Below, in pieces: positions 36,025-49,392 of a DNA stretch of 64,000 nt (the first letter of the stretch is position 1; every line of letters starts with the position of its first letter). The notes beneath the pieces were generated by a model, which worked only from the letters and a program-made list of their open reading frames with translations, did no database searches and had not been told where the DNA came from. This DNA is from Rebecca billardiae RCC1528 (lineage: Eukaryota > Protista > Haptophyta). The stretch is from NCBI GenBank assembly GCA_965240325.2, contig OZ251234.1, positions 2,046,001 through 2,110,000 on the forward strand. The letters run 5' to 3'. The translations under genes and the position numbers were made by a program.

Positions 36025-38588
36025 ATGAGCACGAGCGGCCGGTACTACGGCTCGGTCGACGTTGGGAGCCTCAACGACAAGGGGATTCAGCAGCGTTGGC
36101 TCTCGCAATCGGCGAGCAAGCTGGCGGCGCTTCCGGCGGGGCAAGGTGCTACGATGTCCGCACTGAACGGCATCATCGTGACGCATGGCCCGAACGCGGA
36201 GCACCGCATCAACACGCTCGAGGAGTACAACTCGACGTGGGAGACCTTTAACCCATCCGCGGCGAAGATGATCAAGGTCAGTGCCGAGCGGATGGACCTG
36301 GCGCGTGAGAACTACGCGCTGCAGCAGCGGCTGCTTGACCATCGCCACGAGCACGAGCGCCGCGAGCACGCCGAGCGCCGGGCCGCGGCGGAACGCGCGG
36401 CGGCGGCGGCGGGGGCGAGGCAGGCGCCAAGCCGTACGCGCAGGCTGCCTCGGCGGGCGCAGGGAGTGGTTTAGCCACTCCGGGCGGCCCGACGGCGACC
36501 GGACCGGGTTCAGGTCCGGCGGCGGGCGGTGGATCCGGAATTTCTCCGGGTCCGGCGGCCGGCACACCCGGTCCGGGTGTGGGCACAGGCGGCGCAGCAG
36601 GTGCGCCGGCTGGGACTGACGGGGCGACGCCTGCGGGCGGCGCCGGCGTCGGCGCGGCGCCTACGGGCGGCGCCGGCGGGATCGGTGGCGCGGCGCCCGC
36701 GGGCGGCGCTGCCGTGACGCTCGATCCGCGCGCGCGCGAGCTCTACCGCCGCGAGCGCGAGACCGAGGATCAGATGCATGAGCGGCAGGCGAGCGAGCAC
36801 GCCATGCTGGACATTAAGCTCCGACAGAGCGTGTTGGAGGCAGCGCCGGACGGCGACGAGGCGGACCCAGCCAAGTACGCCGGGGCGCAGTACGAGAAAG
36901 GGACGGCTTTCTTACGCACCGAGCTGCGGTCGTGGGTGACGGAGGCTGCGTGGCAGCACATCAACCGCCTCATGGAGACGCAGCCGGAGGTGCAGGAGGA
37001 GCGCGCGCGCCGGGGCGCACTTACGCCGGGGCGCGAGTTTCTGTACCTGTGGAAGACGATCCTGCGCATGCGCAAGCCCGACGACATGCGGAAGTACATG
37101 TCGGTGCGGGCACGCTGGCACCGGACGGTCCTGCCGGATTGCGGCAAGGACGGCGTCGGCGCCCTCGAGCTCTTCCAGGTGCTACAGCACAACCACGTGC
37201 TGCTGCAGGAGCTGAGTGACGCAGCGCCAGCGGCGGAGATGCTTGCGCGGCTCATCGAGTTCATTCCGTCGGTGGGCGCGGGCATCGAGATGCGGACTCG
37301 GTACGAGTCGAAGGACTACAGGACCGTGACGAACTTCGACGTGCAGGAGCTCGTGCACGAGCTCAACGGCAAGTTCGAGGACTGGGACTTCTCCAAGGGC
37401 AAGCGGGTTGACCGCGGCGGCCCTGGGCGCCCAGGGGCGGGTGGCCGCACGCCAGGAGGCGGCGGCGCTACCCGCGCGCACCCAATCGACGGGCTCCGCC
37501 TGGCGCAGGCGGCGGCGGCGTCGGCGGGTGGCGGCGGCGGCGACACGACGTCGCCGGCTGGCCGTGGTGGCGGCGGCGGAGGTCGTGGCGGTGGCGGCGG
37601 CGGCACTGGCCGCGGCGCCGGCCGCGGAGGCCAGGACGACTCCGACGACGCGCACGGGCCGCGCTGCTACAAGTGCGGCGCCGTGGGGCATATCAAGCGT
37701 TACTGCCCGCAGGTGACGCAGGCTGATCGCGACTCGAACGCTGGCGATGACGCGGCGTCGACGCGGTCGGATCGCAGCCGTGGCTCACATCGGAGCGGCG
37801 GTGGCGGTGGCGGCGGCGGTGCGGGGGGCAGCACCCGCGCCGTGGTCGGGAATGGCAACGGCGGCGGCACGGTCCGCACGCAGGTCGCGTTCGCACCCGA
37901 GCAGGGTGACGAGCCCGACGGCGCCGTTGGTGGCGACGGTGACGCTGACGCCGGAGACGGCGGCGGCGCCGGCGCCGGACTCGGCTTGGCGCCTATTGGC
38001 GCGGCTATCGGCGGCAGGGCGCAGCGCGACGAGGACATCGAGATCGTCGCGGCGCGGGCGGCCGAGGCACGCGTGGCGCCGCCGGAGGACAACACGCGGG
38101 CGTTGGTGTTTGACACTGGCGCACGGAAGAACATCGCCATGGCCGAGGATTTGACGAATCTTACCCCGGTGGACGGCGCATGTCAGATCGAGTGGGGGAA
38201 CGGTGCGCGGGAGCGGGTCACTCACCGCGGGACCCTGGTGGTCAAGCTTGCGGCGGACGACGATAGCGACAAGGTCCTCACGCTCGAGATCGAGGCGTGG
38301 GCGTCGCGGCGCGTCACGGCGCCGCTGCTGTCGGTCGAGCACTGCGCGGACGCAGGCATCGAGTTCCACTACTCGCAGCGCGGCAACACTGCGGACTTTA
38401 CGGCGCTGGGAGGCGGCGTCGTGCAGCTGCCGCGCGATTCCACGCTGCGCGCCGAGATCGTACGGCGCCAGGTGGGGCCGGACGTCGGCGATGCGCCGGC
38501 GGAGGCACGCGCACGGCGCAGGGCGCCAGTGCGGCGCGTGGGCGCGGGGCGGGGGCGCGTTGGCGCTGCGCCGCCCCCAAACGCCTAA
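36025..38588 (+). CDS. gag: Copia Gag plus aspartic protease (frameshift near 36410)
   Basis: Zinc knuckle CYKCGAVGHIKRYC and protease LVFDTGA...WGNG...LLSV. The upstream portion from ATG 36025 is in a different frame. Confidence 0.8.
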
Positions 38589-41500
38589 GCCCGGAACCCG
38601 CGCAGGTGCGAGCCACAAACACAACCACTACGGTATCTGATACCACTACTACTACGGAGGCGGCGCGAGGCGCTGATCCGGCGTGGTTACGCACTTGGTC
38701 GGTTCGAACGGGCACCAATGACCAACGTCTACTCGAGCGCACGCGACGCGTGGCCGAGGGGATGGAGGGGGCGAACGCGCGGCGTGAGCCGCTTGACGAG
38801 CAGTCGGCGGCGAGCATGACGCGGCGGTCGTTCGCGGACCCGATGCCGACGGCGCACTACCCTGGGCAGGTGACGCACGTCGACATCTTCTCTATGGCGC
38901 GCATCGACTTACCAGTTGGGGCCGATGGCGCACGTGGAGGGTATCCTCATGGGATCATATTCATCGATGGGCATTCACGTCGATGGCAAGTGTACGCGCT
39001 ACGCAGCTTGGATGACGCCGAGGTTGGTCGGGCATTCCGCTGGTACGCGCAGTTGCTTGGAACAGGGGCCATGCACATGTCGCATTGGGTCCTGGCGTCG
39101 GGGTGTACTATGGCGCGACGCCATATTCACACCGACGGTGGCTCGACGTTGCTGAGTACGTACGTCGAGGGTGAGCTGGCGAAGCTTGGGTTCTCGTCGA
39201 CGGTCACGTCGGCGCCCGACTCGCCGAGCTCGAATGGCGTGGCGGAACGCGCTATCCGCACGCTGAAGTCGAGACTGCGCGCCACGGTCGTTGCGCGTGG
39301 AGTCTCGCGGGTCGATTGGCACTACGCGGCGTGGCACGCATGCGCGTCGCGCAATCGACTGGCGTCACGTGGTATCATTCGTGACGATGGAGACATCGAG
39401 TGGCTCACGCCGGATGAGCTGTTCTTTGGCAAACGCCCGACGTGGAAGCATCACGTGGCGTTTGGCGCGCGCTGCCGCGTGCTGATGCTGGGCGCACGGC
39501 GCAATGCATTGGGGCAGCTGAAGCAGCGCGCACTACCCGGACGTGTCTATCTCTGGGGTGGGCACGGCGTGCAGTGGCGCGGTACATGGCGCTACGTGCT
39601 TGGGTACGTATGTCGTTTAGACGACGGACGTCTCGTTCACTCACGTGACGTACGCATCGACGAGACCGACCTGGTCGAGGGGGGGCACTCGTCGCTGGGC
39701 GCACCTGACGGTGGCGCGTACGTGGGTGATGGTGACGGCGCCGCAGTAAGCGGCGGACATCGTCCAGTCGGCGGTGATGCCGACGGTGAGGACGAGGACG
39801 GCGACGGCGGCGAGACGCCAGCCGACGCCGGGAATGACGACGCGACAGAGTTCGACGTCGGGTACGACGACGACGTAGATGCGTCAACGTCGGGGCGCGG
39901 GCGCAGCAGCGTGGACGCGGGACAACGCGGGTGCAGCAGCGCGAGCGCACAGCCGTCGACGCCGACGCCGCAGGGCGGGCGTGGCGGGGCAGGCGCGTCG
40001 ATGACGCAGCCGGGTCGGCAGGATCAGATACCGCCGACGGAATCACGGCGCGGGGCCGCAGCAGATGCTGGCGGGCCGCCGCGCGGCGCAGACGGTGACG
40101 ACGGCGTGATCGAGGACGCGCCGCCGCCCGGTCTGGATATGGGACACGATCCGCTTCGCAGGGATCGGACGTCGCGCCGGCGGCCGCAGCTGCTTACTGC
40201 CGTCGTCAGCGCCGCGTCGGTGTTCCAGAAGATCAACGTGAAGGTGCCGACGAACTATCGCGAGGCGATGCGGTCGGCGGAGGCGCCCCAGTGGCAGGGC
40301 GCCATGCTCGAGCACTTGGAAGGTCACAAGTTGCTCGGCACCTCGGAGGAGGTGGTGGTTCCGGAGGGCACGCGAGTGTTGCCGAGCCAGTGGGTCTTTG
40401 ACGTGAAGTCGAACCCGGAGGGCGAGGTGACGCGCTTCAAGGCGCGGTCGGTGCTACTGGGGAACCTACAGCGGCCGGGGATCGACTTTCAGGAGGTCTT
40501 TGCTCCGACGATCCGGCCGGAACAAGTGCGACTACTCGTGGCGATCGCTGCTCAGCAGGCTGGCGCGAGAGTCGACTTGGGTGCAGCGTCGGTTGCGGCG
40601 CTGGGCATACTGTCGAAGGGCGACGTCAAGGACGCGTACCTCAACTCGGAGTTGAAGCCGGATGAGCGGCCTCTCTTCTCATTCCCGCCGGGCTACGTGC
40701 CGAGCACGCAGGCGCCGCCGGGGCACAAAGTCGTGGGCCGGAGCCTGAAGGCGTATCCGGGCCTACGCCAGTCTGGGCGCGCGTGGCATCGCACGCACCG
40801 CACCCAGCTGCTCGCGCGCGGCTTCTCGGAGTGTCCGAGTGCGCCGTGCATCTACGTCAAGGAGTCGGCGCCGGGCGAGTTCATCATCGCGGGCGGCTTT
40901 GTCGACGACTTGCTGTTTCTCAACCTGACGCGCGACGCGCGCGCGGTGGAGAAGCTGGCGGCTGACCTGAAGGAGCACTACGAGATCAAGCTGAGTGAGC
41001 GGCTCGATAAGTTCCTGGGCGCCGTGTTTGAAGTTCATGACGACGGCATCCTGATGCACCTGGGGCCGTACGTCGAGAGCGTGCTTCAGCGGTTCGGTTT
41101 GAACGCGAGCACGCCGGCGCGCACGCCGGAGCCGGCGGCGCGGACGCAGCTGAGCGACGACGATGAGGCGTTGCTGCAGCGCGCGGAGATTGAGAACTAC
41201 CAGGCGATGGTGGGATGTCTTATGTTTGCGATGGTCACGGCGCGGCCGGACATCGCGCACGCGGTGAACATGCTGACGCGACGCATGTCATGTCCGCGGG
41301 CGGTGGATCTGGTAAGTGCGAAGCGCGTGCTGCGCTACTTACGTGGATGCCCGCGATTGGGAATCTTGTTCAAGTTTGCGACAGATTCCGAGCACCCCGA
41401 CCTACTTGCTTTCGCTGACTCCGATTGGGCAAGCAATCCGGTGGAGACCAAGGGCAGGTCGACGGGTGGATACATTGTGTTCTACAATGGGGCGCCGGTG

Positions 41501-41890
41501 TCGTGGCACAGCGGGCTGCAAGGTACAGTCTCGCTGAGCTCGACGGAGGCGGAGTACGTCGCGCTGAGCGATTGCTGCCGCGAGGTGAGCTACTTGCGGA
41601 GCATACTCGAGTCCATGCGGCAGCCGCCGCGGGACGCGACGGAGGTGCGAGAGGACAACAAGGGGGCTATCGACCTCGTGGAGAATCCTGTGCACCACAA
41701 GCGCTCGAAGCACATCGAGATCAAGCATCACTATGTGCGTGACGCGCAGGAGGGTGGCAAGGTGAAGGTGGTCAAGGTACACACCTCGCTCAACCACTCT
41801 GACATCATGACGAAGGCGACGGACGGTGCGACGTTCAAGCGGCACGTCGATGCCATCATGGTGGACCGACACCCGACGCGCGCGCGGTAA
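38550..41890 (+). CDS. pol: Copia Pol: integrase, reverse transcriptase, RNase H (reached by a frameshift near 38550; start coordinate approximate)
   Basis: IN DDE residues in HVDIF, HTDGG and NGVAER. RT: WVFDVK, RFKARSV, DVKDAYLN, GLRQSGRAW, FVDD. RNase H: ADSDWA, SSTEAEY, EDNKGA, HKRSKHIEIKHH. Confidence 0.92.
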
Positions 41891-41926
41891 GCGGCGCAGC
41901 TCGCGGCTATGGCTGTCGAGGGGGGG

Positions 41927-42619
41927 TGTTGAGCTGACGCAGCCTGGGGCGCGCATCTCAGCAGATGGCGTCGCCGCTGGGACGTCAGGGCCGGCGCCGC
42001 ACCAGGCGGGCCGGCGGCATCAGCTACAGAGCAGTGGCTGGCTCTGGCGGCGCGCGCGCGCGGCGCGCGCGGTGGCAGGAGCGCGAGCGCAGCAGCGCTG
42101 GCGCGGATCGACGTGGACGCGGAGCGCGGACGCGGCAGCGCGGACGCGGAGCGACACGGACGCGGCGCGTGCGCGGGCGGTACGGCCCGGCGCAGCGCGG
42201 CACGGTGACGTCGCACGGGCATGGCCCGGCCGCCATCGTGGAAGCGTGTTGGAGTTCTCGAGAACGCAAACACGACCGTTTCATCCAGAAATTCATCACG
42301 GACGAGGACGTCCGGATTCAACCTGCACACGGATCCAGAAACCGTGTGCGACCAGCAGTTACGGCGGTGCGTCGGGAACACCTGTGATTGGTTGACGCAC
42401 GGGGCGTGCGGCTCGGAATCATTGAGATTCCCCGAGCCGGGCCAGCAAACGCCGGGTCACCCCGCCGGAGCCGAAAAGAGCTCGGCGGGAGGTTACTTTT
42501 TGCTCGTCCGAGGAGCGAGGGTCAGATTGCCTCGTGGGCGTCATCGTCGACGCGCCCGGCTACGCGCCGGTGAGCTTTTAGCAGGGCTCGACACGCTCGG
42601 AGCTCGCGTTTACCCAATA
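41927..42619 (+). repeat. Copia 3' LTR
   Basis: Direct repeat of 35276-35968, preceded by GAGGGGGGG. Confidence 0.95.
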
Positions 42620-45188
42620 CATGATCGTGTCCCAATCATGATCATCATCGTGGACTGTCCCAAGACGCAGTTCACGCCACGACCATCCAGCTCTCGGTCG
42701 TGCTCGACGCTTCGAGCGAGCAGGGCATGGCGGAGTGGTTAGACGTGGCGTTATTGGCACAATAACTGAGTGTCTAAGAGCGACACCAAGATCCGGCTCG
42801 CTTGGCATCATCAACCAGCTGTCCGGCCGGGGCGCCCGCCGCCCAGCGCGCGCAGTCCTGGTCGGACCCCTTTTCGGCAGCCAATCCGGTCGGCACCGGG
42901 CACCGCCTGCAGGACTTGCTCGGCGATTCCTGTTCCATCCGCCGAGGCGACTCTTCTGGCCTCGGCGCGGCTCGGCCCAAGGTACGGGGGCGCCATGACA
43001 CAAGGCGCCGAGCCGAGCAGGGGGCCCACGACACCGCACGCTACACTCTCCTCCGACCACTCTTGTGAGCTCGGCACACAGGAGGTGTATACGCTGCTTT
43101 GGTAGTCCCCTCTGCTCGGTGAGGTTGCTGCTGTCAGCGCCTCCGCCCTGCAGCGCCGCACCGCAGCCGCGTCGTCGCTCGTCCGGCATCACATTCTCGT
43201 CCAGCAGCTCACGTGCTGCCGCGTCAGCTCCGCGGCGGCGGTTCACCGTTTGCCCACCCTCCCACCCTCTGTCTGGGATAACGGTGCTGTGCAACCCGTG
43301 CTGTCTGGTCTAGGGGGGCCAAAGTGGCACTGTAGCGTTACTGACGGCCACGAGCGCGGGTCCTAGCGAGTGTTTAGAGCTGATTTCGGGCTGGATCATT
43401 TGCCCTCTGGAGGGGTCTGGGCCGGCCATGTAAAAAAATCAGGTGCACATACCCTGATTATAGGGCGTAACGGCTACCATATTTACTTATTAGAATGAGC
43501 CTGAACTTATTGGAAACGGCATGTAACGGTCGTCCTATATGTGACATATAGACCATGTCGACCTCAGTTTGATAGAGCATCTCGGCGAGATCGTTCTGAG
43601 TCCCCAGCAGCAGCAGGTCCCAACATGCGATATAGGCGGTGTGCTGGCAGGCTGTCAAATATGTAGTTTCCTGGAAGCCACTGGTCGTTACATACCCACC
43701 GTGTATATAGGCGCCATGCTGATGAATACAGTCTCGTCTGATCTCGAGCTGCGAGATACGTTTTCAGACTGTGTATACGGCCACGCGTACGGCGTATTGC
43801 AGACATAGTAGACCCAAAGCACCGGCCCCACGTCCTCAGCCCGGGAGTGCTCTCGGTCATCGTCAAGGTTTAAAGTCACTCGAGCCAACCGTCACCGCTC
43901 CCTGGCCGAGACCTACGAGGCAGGTCAAATCTGTCGTCGTCGCAGTGCGGCACAGTGCCGAGCATGCGATTCGGCAGCAAACGCCTGCTCCAGGCGGTGG
44001 CTGGCGTCTCTGCACCAAACCAGGCTGGATGGGATCGGTCCATATAGGTATGCCCTACCCTGTTCCGCGCTATTTCTGGGCTTTGGGGCGGATATTCGGC
44101 CTACAGAGGCTGATCCGGCGCTGTTCGGCGCTCCTGGCTGGCTGCGCAGAGCCCAACGGCAAGCGCCGGCGTGTGCAAGGTGTCAAGATTGAGAAGGTCT
44201 CTGACGCTCCCGCCGGTCTTGGGCGCACCAGGGTGCATGGGGGCCCATCTGCATCTGCTTCTGCAGGCATGAGCGTCACAGGGGCGCGCTTGCAGGCACG
44301 GTCGAGTGCACGTCGGACCTGTCGAACGGAGCCAACCGCTGCCTGCGAGCACGTCCGCGACGTCCTGAGAGGCGAATGGGAGGCGCCCCGACGCCATCAG
44401 CGGGCACACGTGACCCATACCCAACGTACTGACCATCGCAAGTGCCACGGCAGGTGCAAACACGGGCCCTACAAGCGGAACATGACAGTTGCGAGCTCCG
44501 CGGAGGTGTTGTGCGCGAGCTCGCGCCGGTCTGCTGACGGCGATTCCGGCGCAGTAGGGCAGGTTAGGCGAGCTTGGCATTCACAGACATACATGGACGA
44601 TTGGTCCGAGCATCGATCTCATTGGTCCGAGTTGATCATGCGCCACACCGTGAGGTAGCGTAGCGGGCGTACGCAGCGCACCAATTCAAGCCGGCCGACG
44701 CGCGCCGCGCACGGCACGAGGTGGCCAAGAAGCGGGTGGTGAGCCGCTGGTGGCGCAAAGGCACGGGTCAGTAGCGCCCACCAGCGTCACGCGCGCGCGC
44801 ACCCGAGACCATATCGGCGTCTCAGAGGTCGCGAGCGCGCGGCGGTCCACTGCCTCCGGCCGCTCGTGCTGGAGCGGAACCGAGCTCTGAGCGCCCGAAG
44901 GCGTCGGAGCTCGATTTTCGAGCGAGGTCCGAGAAAAAGGCTCCGCGCCACCCTAAAAGGCCGAAGGAGGAGCGAAAATGCGCCGCGGCTTTGATTTTCT
45001 TTTTAAATGAGCGGTTTGGCCCCCCTATCTGGTCAGCCAGATCGGCCGTCGACCTCCGTGATAACATGATCGTGTCCCAATCATGATCATCATCGTGGAC
45101 TGTCCCAAGACGCAGTTCACGCCACGACCATCCAGCTCTCGGTCGTGCTCGACGCTTAACGAGCGAGCAGGGCATGGCGGAGTGGTTA

Positions 45189-45359
<171 letters not shown>

Positions 45360-45559
45360 CCGCGTTCCGCGGTCCTTTTCCGTAGAACGAACGTAGTTCG
45401 GGGCCCGCGGTGGCGGTGCACCCTCCGTCGCAGTCGTCCCGTACACGTGTAACTAGACTCCATCCAGCGGCGCGCCGCCCCAGCGCCGCGCCGCCGCCGG
45501 CGTGCGCCGAGTGTGGATGTCGGTCGTCGGCCGAGCTGCCCTCATCACAGACGGCCCTT

Positions 45560-46085
45560 ACCTGACCCCCTGCGCGTGCGCGACGGCCGACAGGCGGATG
45601 CGACTCGGCGTGATCGACGCACGAGCGCGACTCTTGCACGCCAGGCCACCGGCGGAGCTGACTGACAGCCAGGGAGCCGGACGGCGCGGGACCGCGCGGA
45701 TTCGACCGTTCGTTCGGGCCTGCCGCTGACCGTCGTCGCCGCGACGCCAGCAGCGCAGGAGTAGATGATCTGCAGGTCAGTAGGGTTCGACCTGCGCGCC
45801 TGCGCGACGGCCGACAGGCGGGCGCGAGGCGTGAGCGACGCATGAGCGCGACTCTACGTGCACACCAGGCACCACGCGGCCGAGCTGACTGACCGCGAGC
45901 CAGGGAGCACGGTGCGAGCAGCCATGCAGCACCGGTGCTTGCGCGCGCCGCGCGTGCACGGGGTGACACACCTCGGTCAGGCTCGGCACGCGTCGCAGAG
46001 GCACGGCCAGCTCTGGGCACGCCAGGCGCCCAGGCCACGCGGAGCTGACAGCCACGGGGAGCCGACGGCGCGCGGGGCCGCGGCC
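45560..46085. repeat. Degenerate ~220-bp tandem repeat (2-3 units)
   Basis: GACGGCCGACAGGCGG...GAGCGCGACTCT...CCAGG...GAGCTGAC...AGCCA.GGGAGC recurs near 45580 and 45805, and partly near 46020. Confidence 0.6.
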
Positions 46086-46989
46086 AGTTCCGAGTTCGAC
46101 TTGCGCCTGCTCTGAAGAAGAGTTCTGGGAGACCCTGGCGGAGAGGCATGGCAAGGGGGGCGTGTGGTGAAGTCGGAGACTCAGATATCGATCAGTCCGG
46201 CATCATGCGCCGCTGCCCCCGAGCTTGCGAGAGCCCGAACACAGGGCGGCGGCTGCGGCGGCGGCGGCGCGGCCGCGCGCCGGCCGGCCGCGCAGGCATC
46301 GACAGGGCGCGGCAGGGGCGTGCGGAGTGACTAGTGAGCGGGCACGAACGCGATGTCGACGGCCGTCGGGACCCGCCGCAGACGCGCGCTCCAGGCGCCA
46401 CTCGGCACTTGCCACGCGCACCTGCCCATCGAGCGCCCCCTTGCGGACCAACCAAGAGTCGTCGCGGCTCGCTCGCGACGCTCGCCACCCCAGAAGAAAC
46501 CTGCACAGCACGTCGTCCTTGCGACGGCGGCAGGTTTTGAGCTCGCCAGCTCGGTAAGTCAGTGACTATGGAATGGGCTGGCAACGAATAGCTGCGCGGG
46601 TATTTTCAATAAGGCTTGCGGGTTTTAGACTCTAGATACCAACCGCCGCGAAGCCAAGTTCATATTCATCTAAATCATCAAGGCGGAGGCAAACTATCAC
46701 ACATGAACGAGAGTCTACCCACAAAATCGCGCTCGTAACGAACCGCGTTACACTAATGTCACGTCCAGCTGACGTCCAGATCGCACTTTACTTAAGGGAA
46801 TCAGCTGGGCGCGGTTATTTTCGGCCTAATAGACCTCTCTATGCGATCTCAAAAACTCGAAACTCGGTCTCCGCCAGCCCTAAAAATCGCCCCCCGTCCC
46901 TTTTTTCTTGATCAAAGATCTTTTTGAAACGTGGTTCGGGCCCGCTGGTGCGGGCTCCACGCTGCGCGCTCCGCCCTGCACCGCGGGCC

Positions 46990-49121
46990 ATTAACGACGT
47001 GGTATGCAACGGGCAGGCGTCAGAGTCAGCAAGCTGTAGTAGCAGCAGATCGAGCAGCAGAGACCGAAACACCAGGGTCAGCGCTCCTCGCCGTCGTCCC
47101 CCCCCCCCTCGTACTCGTAGCCGCCCATCACTCCATCGCCGAGCGGAAGCTCGACGCACCGTCTGGTGTCGACGCGCGCGCGCCACCGCGGTGGTCACGG
47201 TGCCACGCGTCGTCAGCCGTCGTCTCGAAGTAGTCGTCGTATGCAGCGCCCCCGCGGGCGCGGGCCCCCGGGCGCACGTGCGCCGCATGCGCGCGCGGGC
47301 GATGAGCATCTTGGCCTGGCCACGCAGGCAGCGCATGCCCAGCTCGCGCCGCATGGTGCCGAGCAGCGCGCGCTCGGCGGCGGGGCGCGAGGGCGCGCTG
47401 AGGCGCGCGCGCCACGTGTCCCGCCCCATCTTGGCGATCTTCTTGAGGGTGAGGTCCACCTCCGCGCTCCACTCGCCGAACGCCCCCACGACAATCGGGA
47501 CGATCGCGGGGAAGGTGTCGAGCCGCGCCTCGTATGGGCCCACCTGGCCCGCAAGCGTGCCGTAGACCTCGCGGTCGAGGACCTGCAGCTGCTTGCGCCG
47601 CTCGCGCGGGACGAGTTCCGCGCGGTGGCGCACCGCACCGTTGCGGCCGTCGCTCACCCTGTAGCGCGACGGGCTCAGCGAGATGGTCTTGACCTCGAAC
47701 AGGGTACAGTTGCCGTGCACCTCGGCACTCAGGTCCACCACCGGCACGCGCTTGCGGTCCGTGCCGAGCACCGCCTGCGCCTGGGCGGTGGACTGGGCGT
47801 GCACCGAGCCGAAGATCCAGGTGTCCTCCGGCACGGCGTACACACCGGCGTACGTGCGGAAGAACCCCGCCAGCACGCGGATCACCGGATCGTGCCGGTA
47901 GCGTGCGACGTGGTCGCCGGGGAGCGCGTTGCGGCCGGACGCGCTGAGGAGCGCGTCGCCGTACGCGTCCACCCGGATGCCGGGACCCGAGCGCGTGGGC
48001 ACGCACGCCCCGGCCTGGGCCAGCGGCGCGCAGACCGGGCTGGGGATCCCGAGCGCGCGCGCCGCGATCTCGAGCCACTCACCCTGGTGGTGGACCGCCG
48101 CGCTGCCGATCGGGAGCGCGCCCACGAACGCGAGTGAGGCACGGTCCACGTTCTGGATGAGGTGCACACGGCGGTCGTCCCGCGAGAGAGAGCTGAGCTG
48201 CCGCCGCAGGAGCCAGCCGTGGGTGTTCTCGACGTCCTCCGTGATGTCCTTGGCGAGGCTGTAGTAGATGGTGCCGTCCACAGCCCGGCGTGCCGTGGGT
48301 GCCACCTGACCGTGACCCGCCGGGAGGTGGAGCACGCAGTAAGGCTGCCGGTTGGGCACAGCTGGCGCCTCCTGCTCGGCGAGCTGGAGGCGCTCCCAGA
48401 TGGTCGCGAGCGTCCGCCCGAGCGCCGAGCCCGACTGCAGAAACTGGCGCCATCCGGCGGCGCGCATGTCCACGAACGCGTCGCGGCCCAGCGCGCAACG
48501 ATGGAGTCGCGCTCGAGGACGCCGTGCACGGCGACGCCGCCCTGCATGGGGGCGTGGCGGTCGAGGAACGCGGGAACAGCGGCGTGGGCCCCCGCCCAGA
48601 AGGCGGCGGGTGCCCGCTGCGCCGCCGAGCGCAGGGCGAGCCCCCCCAGGCGGACGGGCAGGCGGAGCCGCTGCAGCATGATGTCGTCGAGCTGGTCGTC
48701 GGTGGGGAAGCCGAGCGCGACGCCGGCCTGCCGGAGGATGATAGCGTCAAACCGCTCACACGCCTCGGCGGTGGCGTCGGGCTCGATGTGGCGGAGGAAG
48801 TAGTCGAGCTTCGTCGAGGTCGAGTAGTGCGTGAGCACCCACAGCCCCTGCTTGTGCGCCGATCCGAGCCTGTTGATCAGCTTGCATGTTCGAGATGCCA
48901 GCGATCTCGGCACACTTGTCAGAGAGGTGGGTGGCCACGTAGCCCTCGGTCCCGACGGGCACGCCATACACCGTGACGCCGTGGTGAGCGACGCCGTCTG
49001 CGTCCGTCAGCGTGCCGCGCGGCACGTCGCCCCGGTGCTCGTCCAGCAGGTGGTCGTACTCCGGGTTGATGTAGCACTTGGTCTTGGCGACCTGCAGCTC
49101 CAGGCCGAGCGAGTCCTTCAC
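46990..49121 (-). mobile_element. 5'-truncated, frameshifted CRE-clade-like non-LTR retrotransposon (RT C-terminus plus restriction-like endonuclease)
   Basis: LGLELQVAKT, GVTVYGVPVG, KLDYFLR, LRLPVRLGGLALRS...APAAF, then D.YGD...RHD and the RLE-like VDL...FEVKT...PIVVGAFGEW. Spread over three frames. Confidence 0.8.
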
Positions 49122-49392
49122 GGCGGCAATTATGAAACGAATTCACGAGACGACGAATTATATTATAATATTCACGAGACGACGAATTCACGAGACGACG
49201 AGTAGTCGACGACAGCCTCGGACGACGACGACGCGGGCAACTACATGATGACCAAGGCCGACGACGACTGCAAAACAGCGGCATCCCCGGGCGCCTACTA
49301 CCTCAGTGACCGTGTGATCAGCATCGGTTACGACGACTCCCTCACCCGCGGCCAACGCGCTCCAGCGACATCCTCCATTAACTCCATTCAGT

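Larger units (their letters stand above)
35276..42619 (+). mobile_element. Ty1/Copia LTR retrotransposon, full length and recently inserted
   Basis: 693-bp LTRs at 35276-35968 and 41927-42619 with no difference seen. TSD CATGA at 35271-35275 and 42620-42624. G-rich PPT before the 3' LTR. Domain order gag-PR-IN-RT-RH. Confidence 0.97.

Noticed and set aside
43253-45050. Coding capacity (RT, tyrosine recombinase or transposase) inside the split-repeat element
   Set aside because: Only short ORFs with no recognisable catalytic motifs were found, so the element is treated as non-autonomous.
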